Positions 17,747 to 28,203 of a stretch of 64,000 bases of DNA are shown here, one piece after another. The notes under the pieces were generated by a model, which was not told the DNA's origin, did not search any database, and worked only from the letters and a program-made list of their open reading frames with translations. The DNA lies in the IMG/VR virus record IMGVR_UViG_2857096214_000002, positions 408 to 64,407 of that record; one strand, 5' to 3'. The translations under genes were made by a program, and so were the position numbers. Source of the stretch: a virus. Its lineage: Duplodnaviria; Caudoviricetes. How positions within the stretch are numbered: the stretch's first letter is position 1; each line of letters starts with the position of its first letter.

Positions 17747-17890
17747 TTACGGGCAACCGGCGGGTTCGTCGTCCGTTCCATAGCACTGGTACGTACGCGG
17801 GTCGGTCGCGGTATCCACCGCCGACCAGATACACAGGGCGGCGCCCGCGGCGAGGCAAAGGGCCGCGCAGATGAGGAGAATGCGGCTCAC
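17747..17890 (-). CDS. small secreted/membrane peptide
   Basis: Hydrophobic N-terminus, GTGA coupling. Confidence 0.4.
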   Translation of the reverse strand: MSRILLICAALCLAAGAALCIWSAVDTATDPRTYQCYGTDDEPAGCP

Positions 17891-18306
17891 ATCCGCCCCA
17901 CGATGACGTCCGGCCGGTAGCCGGCGCCCTTTGCCTGGTGCAGCGATGGCCTGGCCGGCGCGTCTCGGTTGGAAATGGCCACGCCCTGGGTGGAGTTCTG
18001 GACCGGGTAGTGGCACTGGTTGCACATTGCCTGGGTGTTGGGGGTGGGCCGCCAGTACTCGTCGCTGCCGCAGGAGGGGCAGCGCTCGGTGACCTTCGCG
18101 GACTGGGCCTTGTTGGTGACGTAAACGCCCTGCTGGGCCGGTGCGGGCTGCTGCGGCTGTGCGGGGGCCTGCGGCTGGCCGTAGGTGGGGTGGGCCCACC
18201 ACGGCGTGCCCGAGGGGGTGAGGCCCGCTTGCGGGGCCTGTGGAGCTGGCGGGGCGGGGGTCCCTCCGGTGCCGGTGAGCTTGTTGAGCCAGAAGTCGCT
18301 CGTCAT
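17887..18306 (-). CDS. Zn-ribbon protein
   Basis: CPSCGS...CNQCHYP. Confidence 0.65.
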   Translation of the reverse strand: MTSDFWLNKLTGTGGTPAPPAPQAPQAGLTPSGTPWWAHPTYGQPQAPAQPQQPAPAQQGVYVTNKAQSAKVTERCPSCGSDEYWRPTPNTQAMCNQCHYPVQNSTQGVAISNRDAPARPSLHQAKGAGYRPDVIVGRM

Positions 18307-18674
18307 CTCGAAACTCCCAGGGTTCCGTTTTCCAGGAGATGGCCGACGACGGTGGCCACGGCGGTGCGGCTGATCACCGCGAACATGGCGCGCTCCGGAT
18401 CGTCCTCGTCCTCCGGCTCGTCCCCGTCGCGGTTGAGACGGACGAGCCGGTACAGCAGGTCGGCCGCGATGTCCGCGTGCGCGAAGACCTCGGGGGCGAC
18501 CGTGTTCACTTCTTCGATCCGCATGTGCGACTTGTAGTGCTCGATCTGGTCGACGTCGGGGCCGGCGGGCACCAGGCCGAGCATCCGGCAGACCTCGTGA
18601 TAGTCGCCGCATGCGACAACGTCGCGGAGCATTCCGCGGAAGATGGCCGGCGCTTGGATTTCGGTGTCGGGCAT
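18303..18674 (-). CDS. hypothetical protein
   Basis: Coding-like ORF coupled to the next gene. Confidence 0.6.
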   Translation of the reverse strand: MPDTEIQAPAIFRGMLRDVVACGDYHEVCRMLGLVPAGPDVDQIEHYKSHMRIEEVNTVAPEVFAHADIAADLLYRLVRLNRDGDEPEDEDDPERAMFAVISRTAVATVVGHLLENGTLGVSR

Positions 18675-18696
18675 GATGCCAGAGTAGATCGAATGA

Positions 18697-20583
18697 TTAT
18701 TTCGCTTCACTCCACCGATTGCAGATTTTCACGTCTGTGGTAACGGGCACGGACAGAAGCTGCATTTCGGGGCCGGCCATCGCGTTGTGCAGCACCTTGG
18801 CGCCTTCCTCGGCAATCTCCGCGGGACACATGGCGGCGATTTCGTCGTGCACGGTGAGCAGGATTTGCATGCCCGGCAGCAGTCCCTTGTGCAAGCGGAC
18901 CAGGGCGAGCTTGGTCATGTCCGCATTCGAGCCCTGGATATGGCTGTTGACGACCTGGCGTTCAGCCTTGCCGCGGCGGCCGTGGTCGTGGGAGAGCAGG
19001 TCGGGCAGACGCCGCTTGCGGCCCAGCAGGGTGCGCAGGTAGGGCTCCGGCCGGCGCGAGCGCACCGTACGCAGCAGCTGGCGCTTGTAGGCGTAGACCT
19101 CGGGGAACTGCTTCTCGTGCTCGCGCAGGATCTGCTTTGCCCGGCGCAATGTGGTGTGAGACATGTCGGCGACTTTCTGAGGGCCGGCGCCATAATTGAT
19201 CGCAAATGCGATGGCCTTGGCGACCTGCCGCATCTGCTTGGTGACGTCCTCGGGGGCAACACCGAACACCGCTGCTGCGGTGGCGGTGTGAGCGTCCACG
19301 CCATCCCAAAACCCTTGCCACAAGGCCCCCTTGCCCGCGAAATGGGCGAGGATACGCTGTTCGATCTGGGCGTAGTCAGCGACCAGGAGCACGAACCCGT
19401 CGAGGGGGTCGATGAGGTCGCGGATGGCTTTGCCCCACTCGGTGTCCGCGCGGGGCCAGTTCTGGACGTTCGGTTTGGAGCTGCTGAACCTGCCGGTGAC
19501 CGTGCCGTACTGCTTGAGGATCGGATAGATCCGGCCGTCGAAAATTTGGGTCGGCTTGTCGTCCTCGGGATTGCCCAGGTAGCCCTCCACGTAGGTGGAG
19601 AGGATCTTGGAGACGTCCTGGTAGGCGAGGATCGCGTCGACCACCGCGTTGCGGCCCTTGTAGGGCTCCAGGGCTTCGGCGTCCGTGGACGGCGCCCCCT
19701 TCGGCGTCCGTTTCCTGGGGCGCAGGCCCTGCTCCTCATAGAGGATGACCTGTTTCTGCGGTGCGGAGCCGATGTTGAAGACCTTGCCGGCCGCGCGGTA
19801 CACGTCGGCCTCGCACTCGGTCATCCGTTCGCGGAGCGCCATGCGGAGCTGCTCCAGGGCCTTGATGTCGACCGGGACGCCGCCGGAGCCCATGTGCAGG
19901 ACGCAGGCGAGCACGTCCATCTCCAGGGCCCACATGTCCTCCAGGCCCTCGGCGGTGACACGGGAGCGAAGGTCCAGCCACTGGAGCCAGGTCGAGGCCG
20001 CGTCCATGTAGGAGTAGTCCGCGACGGTGCCGAAGGCGTGTTTCTCGATGCACTTGCCGACGTCTTCGAGGTCGTAGACCAGGTTCCAGCGCTCTTTGTC
20101 GAGCGGCTTGAGACCGATGGGACGGTTTTCGTTGACCATCCACGCGGCGACGATGGTGTCCCCGTACGGAGGGGGCGGGTAAGTGCCCTTGTAGTACTTC
20201 GCGACCGACAAGAGGTCGAACGGGGCGTTGTGTGCGACCTTCAACCGATCGCTGTAGAGCAGTTCTTCCAGGGCGTCGAACACCACGGAGGGGCGGAGCT
20301 GAGGTGGGGGCTCCTCCCACTGCGCGGCGATGTGGTCCCACTCGCCGGTGCGTTTGTTTTTCCGCCGGGTGGCTTTCCGTAGGAGGTTGTGGCCGTTCGG
20401 GTGCCCCATGGGAATGACGGCCGTGTGGCCGTTGGTGGCGAGGGAGATCCATACGACCTCGTTGACCGCGGGGACGCCGCGGTACTCGCCGGTGGTCTCG
20501 ACGTCGAAGGCGAATGCGTCCTGGGTGCGGAAGTAGCCGACGACGTCTTCGAGTTGACGGGTGTCGGTGATGAGCTGCTGCAC
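18697..20583 (-). CDS. polA: family A DNA polymerase with 3'-5' exonuclease
   Basis: FAFDVET, HNAPFD, TVTGRFSSSKPNVQN, ADYAQIEQR, R..AKAIAFAINYG, TVHDE; no 5'-3' exonuclease domain. Confidence 0.95.
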   Translation of the reverse strand: MQQLITDTRQLEDVVGYFRTQDAFAFDVETTGEYRGVPAVNEVVWISLATNGHTAVIPMGHPNGHNLLRKATRRKNKRTGEWDHIAAQWEEPPPQLRPSVVFDALEELLYSDRLKVAHNAPFDLLSVAKYYKGTYPPPPYGDTIVAAWMVNENRPIGLKPLDKERWNLVYDLEDVGKCIEKHAFGTVADYSYMDAASTWLQWLDLRSRVTAEGLEDMWALEMDVLACVLHMGSGGVPVDIKALEQLRMALRERMTECEADVYRAAGKVFNIGSAPQKQVILYEEQGLRPRKRTPKGAPSTDAEALEPYKGRNAVVDAILAYQDVSKILSTYVEGYLGNPEDDKPTQIFDGRIYPILKQYGTVTGRFSSSKPNVQNWPRADTEWGKAIRDLIDPLDGFVLLVADYAQIEQRILAHFAGKGALWQGFWDGVDAHTATAAAVFGVAPEDVTKQMRQVAKAIAFAINYGAGPQKVADMSHTTLRRAKQILREHEKQFPEVYAYKRQLLRTVRSRRPEPYLRTLLGRKRRLPDLLSHDHGRRGKAERQVVNSHIQGSNADMTKLALVRLHKGLLPGMQILLTVHDEIAAMCPAEIAEEGAKVLHNAMAGPEMQLLSVPVTTDVKICNRWSEAK

Positions 20584-20615
20584 GAGATCCCCGGGCCGGT
20601 GAAGAGACGGGAGAG

Positions 20616-20655
20616 CCCGCGCCGGCGAGTCAGAGCGGGAGCACCGGCGCGGGCG
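20616..20655 (-). terminator. GC-rich stem-loop after SSB gene
   Basis: GCCCGCGCCGG...CCGGCGCGGGC 11-bp inverted repeat. Confidence 0.5.
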
Positions 20656-20672
20656 TCTGTGGGCGGGGTCGG

Positions 20673-21416
20673 TCAGGCGTCCATCAGCATGCGGACGATT
20701 TCCTCCATGCCCTCGTCGTCGAGCAGTTCCTTGACCTTGTCGCCGTATTCGTGGCACTCGGCCTGGAACTGGCGCAGGGCCTCGTCGTCGAGCGGGGCGA
20801 CGTTGTACTCCTCGTCCAGGTCCCGCTCCTTCACCCGCTCCAGGGTGTACTCGACCGACTTCTTCTTCTGTTCCTTGCGGATGGTGAAGTAGAGGTCGGG
20901 CCGGTTCAGCGGTCCCCTCTTGTCGTCGGCCGCGATCTCCTTGAGCTGACGCGCGATCTTGATTCCGACGTCCCAGACCTTCATGACCGGGTACTCCGGG
21001 TCCTCCAGAGAGACCACGTCGAAGCACGCGGAGAAACGCTTGGCCTTGTCCCCGATCGCGCACAGCGGGCAGTCCGGAGTTCCCCAGCAGCGCACGCTCT
21101 TGGAGCCATCCTCGATCTCGTCGATCCAGTGGCTCGCGAACACGTCGAAGGGGCCGTCGCCGAGGATCTTGATGACCATGCGGTTCTCGGTGACCTTGAG
21201 GTACATGTCGCCGCCGCCGGCCGCGGAGGCAACCTTGTCGACGTCGTCCCAGCCGGCCTGGTGGGTGGGGCCGGCGCTCGTCTTCACCACGCGGCCGGTG
21301 ATGGCCTCGCGGCGCGTGATGGCGGTGCCGTCCGTGCGACCGGCGTCGAATCCCTTCTGCTCGGCCTCCCGGGCGGGAAGCGAGCGGCGACGTCCATAGC
21401 TGCGTGTTTCGGGCAT
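20673..21416 (-). CDS. single-stranded DNA-binding protein (T4 gp32-like)
   Basis: HW...C....CPLC Zn motif, acidic C-terminus, located next to the polymerase. Confidence 0.7.
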   Translation of the reverse strand: MPETRSYGRRRSLPAREAEQKGFDAGRTDGTAITRREAITGRVVKTSAGPTHQAGWDDVDKVASAAGGGDMYLKVTENRMVIKILGDGPFDVFASHWIDEIEDGSKSVRCWGTPDCPLCAIGDKAKRFSACFDVVSLEDPEYPVMKVWDVGIKIARQLKEIAADDKRGPLNRPDLYFTIRKEQKKKSVEYTLERVKERDLDEEYNVAPLDDEALRQFQAECHEYGDKVKELLDDEGMEEIVRMLMDA

Positions 21417-21419
21417 GAG

Positions 21420-21872
21420 TCAGCTCCAGTCGTGAATGGGCTCAGGGAGGACGCCGCGCGTGTGCTTGAACAGCTCCTTGCAGCGGTCCGGGAAATTGGT
21501 GTGGGAGATGAAACGCTTGGTCCCGGACAGGACGCCCTCTTCGTAGGCGATGGCGATGACGCCTTCGATCTGCCGCCGGGTGTACAGGCGGCGCCGGCCG
21601 TTCTTGGATTCGCTGTTGTAGATCCAGGTGGCGCCGGGGAACAGGCCGATGGTTTCCCATTTGTAGAGCGTTTTGGGAGACCGGCCGAGCGCCGTGGCCA
21701 GGTGGCTGGTCGCGAAGAACTCGCGGTAGTAGCCGGTGATTTTCTTGTAGATCGGGTCCTCGTCCCAGCGGACCATCTCCCCGACGCTCGGGGTTTGGAC
21801 GGGGTGGGGAACGCCGAGAGGACGCGCGGTTCCGGGGTAGACATCGAGCGGCTTGCGCTGAGGGCCGATCAC
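21420..21872 (-). CDS. MerR-like HTH DNA-binding protein
   Basis: LATALGRSPKTLYKWE..GLFP...GRRRLYT. Confidence 0.75.
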   Translation of the reverse strand: MIGPQRKPLDVYPGTARPLGVPHPVQTPSVGEMVRWDEDPIYKKITGYYREFFATSHLATALGRSPKTLYKWETIGLFPGATWIYNSESKNGRRRLYTRRQIEGVIAIAYEEGVLSGTKRFISHTNFPDRCKELFKHTRGVLPEPIHDWS

Positions 21873-22339
21873 GATGTCAGGCCCCGGAAGGCGAACGTCT
21901 CTTTCTGGACGAGGATTTCGTCCATTTCCGCTTCGGTGAGATGTCCTTCCTGGAGGAGGACGTACAGCTCATCCGGGTCCAGCATGGGGACCGGCGGAAA
22001 TGCGCGGCGGTAGAGCGCCTCGCCCTTGGCCCTGAGAATCCGCTCGGCGGCTTCCTCGTCGGCACTGATGGAGACGCGGCGCTCCCGCTTGATGCGCGTG
22101 TACTCCGAGTCGCCCGCCGGAATCGGGAAGGGAAGGTCCAGGTACTGGCTGCCCTTGTGATCGGTGTACCCGCGCTGCTCGACCGCGGCAGCTACTCTGT
22201 CGCGGAGTTTGTTCAGGCGTGTGGTTTCTTCGGTGACCTGAGCCTTGAGGACCGCCCACTCCCGGAAGATCGGGATGATGGGGTCGAACGGAATTCGCTG
22301 AGGTTCCGGGGCGGCCGTTGGATTGAGTTCTTCAGGCAC
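21869..22339 (-). CDS. hypothetical protein
   Basis: GGGAG SD, coupled to the next gene. Confidence 0.65.
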   Translation of the reverse strand: MPEELNPTAAPEPQRIPFDPIIPIFREWAVLKAQVTEETTRLNKLRDRVAAAVEQRGYTDHKGSQYLDLPFPIPAGDSEYTRIKRERRVSISADEEAAERILRAKGEALYRRAFPPVPMLDPDELYVLLQEGHLTEAEMDEILVQKETFAFRGLTS

Positions 22340-22439
22340 GCAATGCTCCCGTAGGGGTGGTGCGAAGGAGCTACTCCAAAGCTCCGTGCACCGACCCTAT
22401 GAGCGTGAAAAATGACCGCCAATCGGCCAAAAGAGTGCC

Positions 22440-24026
22440 TCAGAAACTATTTCCGATGTGTTCCGAGAGACTTTCCACATCGACGTCCAGCGAGCCGGCG
22501 CCACGGCCGTCGACCACCGCCTGGGACAGGCTCTGGCGCAGCCGGAGCGTGGCCTGCACGCGCTCCTCGATGGAGTCCTCCACCACGAGGTTGACCACGT
22601 GGACACGGTCGAATGTCGAGCTGGCGCGGACGTGGCGGGTGTTGCGCTGTGCCAACAGGCCGTTGGAGTAGGGGAGGTCGTAGTTGATGAGGTACTGCAC
22701 CTCGGGCAGATCGAGCCCGTACCCGCCGGCATTGGTGGACAGGAAGATCCGGCACTCGGGGTCCGTCTTGAATTTGGCGAGTGCGGCGGCTTTCTTGTCC
22801 GCGGTGAGCTGGCCGTGGAAGAGGACGAGGTCGCCGTGCTTTTCGAGCCGCGCGGAGAGGTAAGGGAGCAGTCGGCGGTAGTCGGTGAAGACGGCGACCT
22901 TCGCGCCCTCGGCCGTCATGGTGGCCACCAGCTCGTCGAGGGCGTTCAGCTTGGGCGAGTGGTTGAGGTCGGGTAGGTCGGTGCGCGAGGCGGCGAATTG
23001 TGCGGCGTACTCCGAGCCCTCCGCCTTCGTCTCGTGGTAGGCGACCGCGGAGTCCATCAGGAGTTGGGGGTGGTCCAGCAGCAGCCGGGCCGCCTGCATG
23101 CGGGCCATGACCTTGCCCTGGGCGCCGAATCCTGCCTCGGGGCGGACGCCGGCGTAGTAGGCGGCGATGTCCAGCTCCTGGCCGGCTTCGGTCAGCTCGT
23201 CCATCGCGGCCTGGAGGTCGAGAAGGATGGCCTTGTAGATGGCCCGGGTCGTCTTGTCGAGCTGCACCGAGTGCGTCGTCTCGGTCACGGCCGGCAGGTA
23301 CTTCGCGACCTCCGGGTCCAGGCGCGACTTGCGGATCATTGCCTTGGACAGGTTCCGGTGCAGCAGGTCCAGGTTCTTGTAGCCGGTGACGCCCCCGAAC
23401 CAATTTCGCGTGATGAATGACTTGTCGAAGTGGTCCCACCTGCCGAGGATCTTTTCGTTGACCCACTCCATGATGGAGAAGACCTCTTCGGGCCGGTTCT
23501 CCACCGGAGTTCCCGTCAGGGCGACGCGGATCGGGGGCTTGAGTTTCTTGACGCGCTTGGTGGTCTGGGCCGCGAAATTCTTGATGGCGGTCGCCTCGTC
23601 GAGGACCAGCGCGTCGGCCCAGACGGCGCATAGGTACTTCCAGTCGTTCAGGACGGACCCGTACGAGGCGATGACGTAGTCCGCGTGCTGGGCGGCCTCC
23701 CACTGCTGGCGGCGCTTGGGGGGTGTGCCGTTGATGACCACGCACACGTTCTCAGCGGGCACGGTGAGGCTGACGCCGCGGACCTTGACTGTGCGCCGGG
23801 GAGCGTCGGTGAAGTTGGCAATCGCCTGCGCCCACTGCCACTTCAGCGAGTTCGGCACGAGGATGACGCAGCAGCGGATCTCGCCTTGGCCGAGCAGTTC
23901 TTCGAGAGCGGCGATGGTCATGACCGTCTTGCCGGTGCCCATGCTGTAGGCGACCAGCAAGCGGCGGTCGGACAGAATCCGAGCTACGCCGTCAGTCTGG
24001 TAGGGGTGCAGCTTTCCGACGAACAT
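22440..24026 (-). CDS. SNF2-family helicase
   Basis: MGTGKT, VLDEA, LTGTPVEN, SPKL, STNAGGYGLDL, QRNTR. Confidence 0.92.
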   Translation of the reverse strand: MFVGKLHPYQTDGVARILSDRRLLVAYSMGTGKTVMTIAALEELLGQGEIRCCVILVPNSLKWQWAQAIANFTDAPRRTVKVRGVSLTVPAENVCVVINGTPPKRRQQWEAAQHADYVIASYGSVLNDWKYLCAVWADALVLDEATAIKNFAAQTTKRVKKLKPPIRVALTGTPVENRPEEVFSIMEWVNEKILGRWDHFDKSFITRNWFGGVTGYKNLDLLHRNLSKAMIRKSRLDPEVAKYLPAVTETTHSVQLDKTTRAIYKAILLDLQAAMDELTEAGQELDIAAYYAGVRPEAGFGAQGKVMARMQAARLLLDHPQLLMDSAVAYHETKAEGSEYAAQFAASRTDLPDLNHSPKLNALDELVATMTAEGAKVAVFTDYRRLLPYLSARLEKHGDLVLFHGQLTADKKAAALAKFKTDPECRIFLSTNAGGYGLDLPEVQYLINYDLPYSNGLLAQRNTRHVRASSTFDRVHVVNLVVEDSIEERVQATLRLRQSLSQAVVDGRGAGSLDVDVESLSEHIGNSF

Positions 24027-24995
24027 TCAGTGCCTCCCGCGCCACGGGTAGTGGGCGCCGGCGTAGGCGGACCTGGCGGCCTCGTCGCTCATCTCGCCCA
24101 GGTCTTTCGCGGGAATCCCGCGGTAGTTGAGGAACTTCATCGCCAGCCCTCGCGGGCGCCAGCGCGCGTACAGCCGGTCGCGTGAGGTGATGCCAGCGGC
24201 GTCGTTGTCCAGGCCGAGGACGAGCGTGGTGCAGCGCGCTTTGATGAGCCGCATCTGCATCTCGGAGACGTGCGCCCCGAAGGCCGCGAATGCGCCCTCG
24301 ATGCCGAGGGAATGGGCGCGGACGGCGTCGAGGGGGGATTCCAGCAGCAGCGCTGTCTCGCCGGCCCAGGCGATGTCACCGAAGAGGGTGCGGGACTTGA
24401 GGATTCCCTGCGGGTAGTTCCGGAAGAACCGCTTACCTTTCTCCTGCCACCCCCACAGCTCGCCCGTCATGGGGTTACGGATCGGGAGAATCCAGCGCTT
24501 CTTTTTCGGGTCCCACAGCACTCCGTACGCGGCGCACGCCTCGGCGGTCAGTCCTCGCGAGTCCAGAGCCGGGGGCGGAGGAGGTTCGAAAAGGGCGAGG
24601 GCTGCTTCGGTGAGCCGTTCTCTCGGCTCGTGATGCTCGCGCTGGTCCTCCTCGTCGCGGACGCGGTATACGCCGTGGCGTGCGATCCACTGCCAGGCTT
24701 CTACGCGGGCGTAGCCGAGCTTGTCTTCGACCAGGTCGATGAAGAGCCCGCTGTACTGGCAGGAGAAGCAATTGAACAGGCCGGTACGGGAGTTGACGCT
24801 GAATGAGGGCCGCCGGTCGGCTTTGCCGGTGTTGGCGAGGTGGGCGGGGCAGCGAGCGAGATACTCCGATGAGTCCTCTCCGCTCACCTCCCGCAGCACC
24901 TCGATGCCCATGCGGTGCATGGCGCCGGCGACGTCTGCGGGTACCGGGTTCGCGTACGCCGCGAGCTGCTCCCAGACGTCAGTAGGGGAGGTCAT
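24027..24995 (-). CDS. DNA primase (CHC2 Zn finger + TOPRIM)
   Basis: CPAH...PSFSVN..CFSC; LLESPLDA; LDNDAAG. Confidence 0.9.
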   Translation of the reverse strand: MTSPTDVWEQLAAYANPVPADVAGAMHRMGIEVLREVSGEDSSEYLARCPAHLANTGKADRRPSFSVNSRTGLFNCFSCQYSGLFIDLVEDKLGYARVEAWQWIARHGVYRVRDEEDQREHHEPRERLTEAALALFEPPPPPALDSRGLTAEACAAYGVLWDPKKKRWILPIRNPMTGELWGWQEKGKRFFRNYPQGILKSRTLFGDIAWAGETALLLESPLDAVRAHSLGIEGAFAAFGAHVSEMQMRLIKARCTTLVLGLDNDAAGITSRDRLYARWRPRGLAMKFLNYRGIPAKDLGEMSDEAARSAYAGAHYPWRGRH

Positions 24996-26211
24996 CGTCG
25001 ACCTCCTCCTCCTCGAACGCGGGCGGGTCCCAGGAGATGGAGATGAGGTGTTCCTGGGGCGGGGAGTTTCTGGAGGCGAGGACTTTCATTCGGTAGAAAA
25101 AGTCCTCGTCGGTCGCTTCCATGCCGACGACGAGGTCCGCGTCCTGGGCCCAGGCGGAGGTGTAGCCGAGGCTGTTCACGGTCAGGCCCTTGGCGCCGAC
25201 CTTGTGCGACAGCGACTGAGTGGTGACGACGACCGGGAGGTCATTGTTCAGCGCGAGCTTTTTCAGGCCGCGGCTGATGTTGGTCAAAGCCAGGGGTGTC
25301 CCCGACTCCCGGGACACCTCGTCGAACAGGAAATAGGCCCCGTCCACGAACACGACGGACGGGGAGAGTTGGTCGATCTTCGATTGGATGCCGGTCAGGG
25401 TCATGACGCCGGCACGGTCCTCGGTGACGACGTACGGCTGTTCGCCCAGCGGCCCGGACAGGGCCTTTTCCAGAGCCCGCCACTCGCGGGGGCTCAGGTC
25501 GCCGGTCTGGAGCTTCTTCGGGTTGACCTGCGCGAGGAATCCGTCCAGGCGCCGGGCGATTTCCGCGTACGGCATCTCGAAGGAGATCAGCAGGGGCTTC
25601 GCGCCGTAGTCGTACGCCGAGCGGGTCATGCCGAGCATGACCGTCGTCTTGCACGACTTCGCGAGTCCGGTGAGGACGATCATCTGCTGGGGCTGAATGC
25701 CGAGCGTGACCTTGTCCAGGAACCTGAACCCCGTGGGGATGCCCAGGAGTTGCTCAGGATTCTCGCGGGCCTGCCGGTAGGCCGCGAGCCGGTCGGCCCC
25801 GGTGGCGGCGTAGTCGATTTCGCGGGAGGTGGCGGAGGCGGTGGTGGCCTGCGCGAGCATCATTCGCAGCAGCGGGAGTGCGGCCTCTGAGCCGTTCTTG
25901 TCGAGGGCCTCGGCCACGGCGTCCAGGCCGAGGTCGATGATGACGCGCCGGCGGGCTTCGTGCAGTTGGCGGACGAGGTAGTCGAGCGGGCCGGAGGAGT
26001 CCTCGCGGAAGGCGAAATTGGGGTGGTCACGTTGGATGACCTCCGGGGTGGGCGGCTCCCCGTAGTCCTCCCGGAACGTCACGATGTCGACGAAGATCTT
26101 GCGGTTGTTCGGGTCGAGGAAGTGATCAGCCGTAATCCGCGCCTGGGTGACCTTTTCCAGGTCGCCGGTGAGCGCGATGTAGCTGATCACTTCCTCTTCG
26201 ATGCTGCTCAC
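24979..26211 (-). CDS. DnaB-like replicative helicase
   Basis: GIPTGF..LD, G.AKSCKT, SFEM, FVDG, ISRGLKKLA, QDAD. Confidence 0.92.
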   Translation of the reverse strand: MSSIEEEVISYIALTGDLEKVTQARITADHFLDPNNRKIFVDIVTFREDYGEPPTPEVIQRDHPNFAFREDSSGPLDYLVRQLHEARRRVIIDLGLDAVAEALDKNGSEAALPLLRMMLAQATTASATSREIDYAATGADRLAAYRQARENPEQLLGIPTGFRFLDKVTLGIQPQQMIVLTGLAKSCKTTVMLGMTRSAYDYGAKPLLISFEMPYAEIARRLDGFLAQVNPKKLQTGDLSPREWRALEKALSGPLGEQPYVVTEDRAGVMTLTGIQSKIDQLSPSVVFVDGAYFLFDEVSRESGTPLALTNISRGLKKLALNNDLPVVVTTQSLSHKVGAKGLTVNSLGYTSAWAQDADLVVGMEATDEDFFYRMKVLASRNSPPQEHLISISWDPPAFEEEEVDDDLPY

Positions 26212-26492
26212 AGGATCTCCAGCAGCGTCAGCGGTCCCGCTTCCTCCATGAGGTCGCCGAGCGGGACGGGGCCCATGCAGTCGTCGTCCACCACTGGTTC
26301 GACAGAGATCTCGGGAAGCTCGCCGGCGCGGAAGGTGACGACGACGGCCCAGCCGACCAGGTCCCGTTCCTCGTAGCCGCACAGCCCGATCTCCGAGTGC
26401 AAGCGCGCGATCTTGCTGGTGTGGTCGGGGATGAGCTGGACGACCTCGCGGCGCGGGTCCTGGTGGGGCTCGGGGCGGTAGTCGGCGGTCAC
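26208..26492 (-). CDS. hypothetical protein
   Basis: Fills the gap with coupled overlaps. Confidence 0.5.
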   Translation of the reverse strand: MTADYRPEPHQDPRREVVQLIPDHTSKIARLHSEIGLCGYEERDLVGWAVVVTFRAGELPEISVEPVVDDDCMGPVPLGDLMEEAGPLTLLEIL

Positions 26493-26950
26493 TAGATCAC
26501 CGCCCGCATCAGTTCGGGATTTTGCGGGTGGACGTAGATGCCGCGTGGGCCGTAGCGCAGGGTCTGGTCGGGCAGGCTGTGGAAGATGTGGGTGTGGCCG
26601 AGCAGCCCGATCAGCCGCGCCATCTCGTTGGGGGTGGTGACGACCAGGCGGCTGGCGGGGAGGGCCTCGGCCTCGATCCGTGTGGCGAGGTGGCCGGCCA
26701 TTTCCTCGGGCAGGAACGTGACCAGGGCGATGTTCACCTCGCGGGTCCACAGGTGCCAAAGCTCGCCAACGGCAGAGCCGTTGGTCTCCTCGAACAGGTC
26801 CAGCGCGGCGGCCCGGCGGTTCCAGCGAATAAGCCTGCGGAAACGATTCTCCGAGTAGCGGGGCCCGGGGAGTCCGATCAGGTGCTCCCAGACGACGAAA
26901 ACCTCGGTGGGGATTTCCTCGTCGTCGTCGAGGTCGGCGTACCCGATCAC
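26492..26950 (-). CDS. hypothetical protein (possible degenerate HAD fold)
   Basis: GTGA coupling to the loader gene. Confidence 0.55.
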   Translation of the reverse strand: MIGYADLDDDEEIPTEVFVVWEHLIGLPGPRYSENRFRRLIRWNRRAAALDLFEETNGSAVGELWHLWTREVNIALVTFLPEEMAGHLATRIEAEALPASRLVVTTPNEMARLIGLLGHTHIFHSLPDQTLRYGPRGIYVHPQNPELMRAVI

Positions 26951-27615
26951 GCGTCGGCCCCCCGCAGCGTCTCGCCGACGAAGATCGTCCGGCGGGTGCA
27001 ACGGTCGACGAAGGACCGCAGCGCCTTGGAGTAGCGCTGTGACCACTCGGTGCCGGAGAGGTTGGTGGTGATGAGGGTCGGCCGGCCCTCGTCGTATCGC
27101 TGCCGTAGAAGCTGGTCGAGCGTGTCTTCGGCGTAGCCGGAGTCGGTGGTGTGCTCATGCCCGACGTCGTCCAGGAGCACGACGTCGGCCCACTCCACGC
27201 GCTCGATGGCGTACTGCCACCGCGAGAGCTGCTCGGGGACCGTGTCGGCCCCGGCCTTGAGGACCGAGATCTTCCGCGAGACGTGGTCGGTGTAGCGGGT
27301 CTGGTAGACGGAGATGCCCCAGCGTCGGCGTAGCTCGCACAGCACCGCGGAGGCCAGGGTGGTCTTCCCGGTGTTGGGCGGCCCGGCGAAAAGGAGGCCC
27401 TGGCCGAAAATGTTGGGGTTGGTGGGTAGGGCCCTCCAGTTGCGGTCCTGCTGGCCGCGGAACTGGTCGACGTAGGTGCGCGCTTTATGGAGGGCCTCGG
27501 GCTGGATGAGGTCGCCCATCTCCTCGACGTCGTTGAGGGTGATGCCGCGCAGGCGGGGCGGGATGCCGGTGCCGACCCAGCGGGCGCGCTCTGGGTCCAT
27601 CGGGCGAGTGATCAC
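26947..27615 (-). CDS. DnaC/IstB-like AAA+ helicase loader
   Basis: GIPPR, GLLFAGPPNTGKT, VLLDDVG.E, R.RYD...PTLITTN. Confidence 0.9.
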   Translation of the reverse strand: MITRPMDPERARWVGTGIPPRLRGITLNDVEEMGDLIQPEALHKARTYVDQFRGQQDRNWRALPTNPNIFGQGLLFAGPPNTGKTTLASAVLCELRRRWGISVYQTRYTDHVSRKISVLKAGADTVPEQLSRWQYAIERVEWADVVLLDDVGHEHTTDSGYAEDTLDQLLRQRYDEGRPTLITTNLSGTEWSQRYSKALRSFVDRCTRRTIFVGETLRGADA

Positions 27616-28142
27616 AGGGTCTCCCAGGAGGCGGCGAAGGCGTCGGCGGTGGTTGTGTCGTGGGTGGCCGGGGCCTGCCAGCTCTCGTAGTCCGCGGCCG
27701 TCACGGTCACGCCGGTGGCGCGCAGGGCGCGCAGCAGCTCGTAGCGGCGCCATTTGAAGTCCCAGATGTAGGGCTTGGAGGGCGCCCGGCCGGCGAGGCG
27801 GCTGATGTAGAGGTCGACTAGGGCCCGGCAGTCGTCGGGGGTGAGGCCGACGCCGTGGCGCAGTTCGCTGAAGACCGTCATGAGGGCTTGGCGGTTGCCG
27901 ATCTCCAAAGTTCCGGCCCAGCTCAGCGGGGGGCAGGAGCGGGAGAAGTAATCGCAGAGGCCGGCGACGGAGTCGGGGCCGTACAGGCGGCCCCTGGTGC
28001 GCCGTACGCGGCGGGGCGCGGGCTCGGGTGGGGTCCAGGAGGTCTGAGGGGCTGGAGCGGAATCTGAAGCGTCCTGGAGGAGTTTCCGGGCACAGGCCGT
28101 GGCGTCGAATTCGGAGTCAGGGTCGATGTGGCGTCGAGCCAT
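27612..28142 (-). CDS. putative replication-initiator partner / C-terminal-like protein
   Basis: AGGAG SD; directly upstream of and coupled to the DnaC-like loader. Confidence 0.55.
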   Translation of the reverse strand: MARRHIDPDSEFDATACARKLLQDASDSAPAPQTSWTPPEPAPRRVRRTRGRLYGPDSVAGLCDYFSRSCPPLSWAGTLEIGNRQALMTVFSELRHGVGLTPDDCRALVDLYISRLAGRAPSKPYIWDFKWRRYELLRALRATGVTVTAADYESWQAPATHDTTTADAFAASWETL

Positions 28143-28203
28143 GTCGGTGTCTCCTGGTGGTGTGGCGTACCAGAAACTGCACGCGAACAGACGTTCGCGG
28201 GCA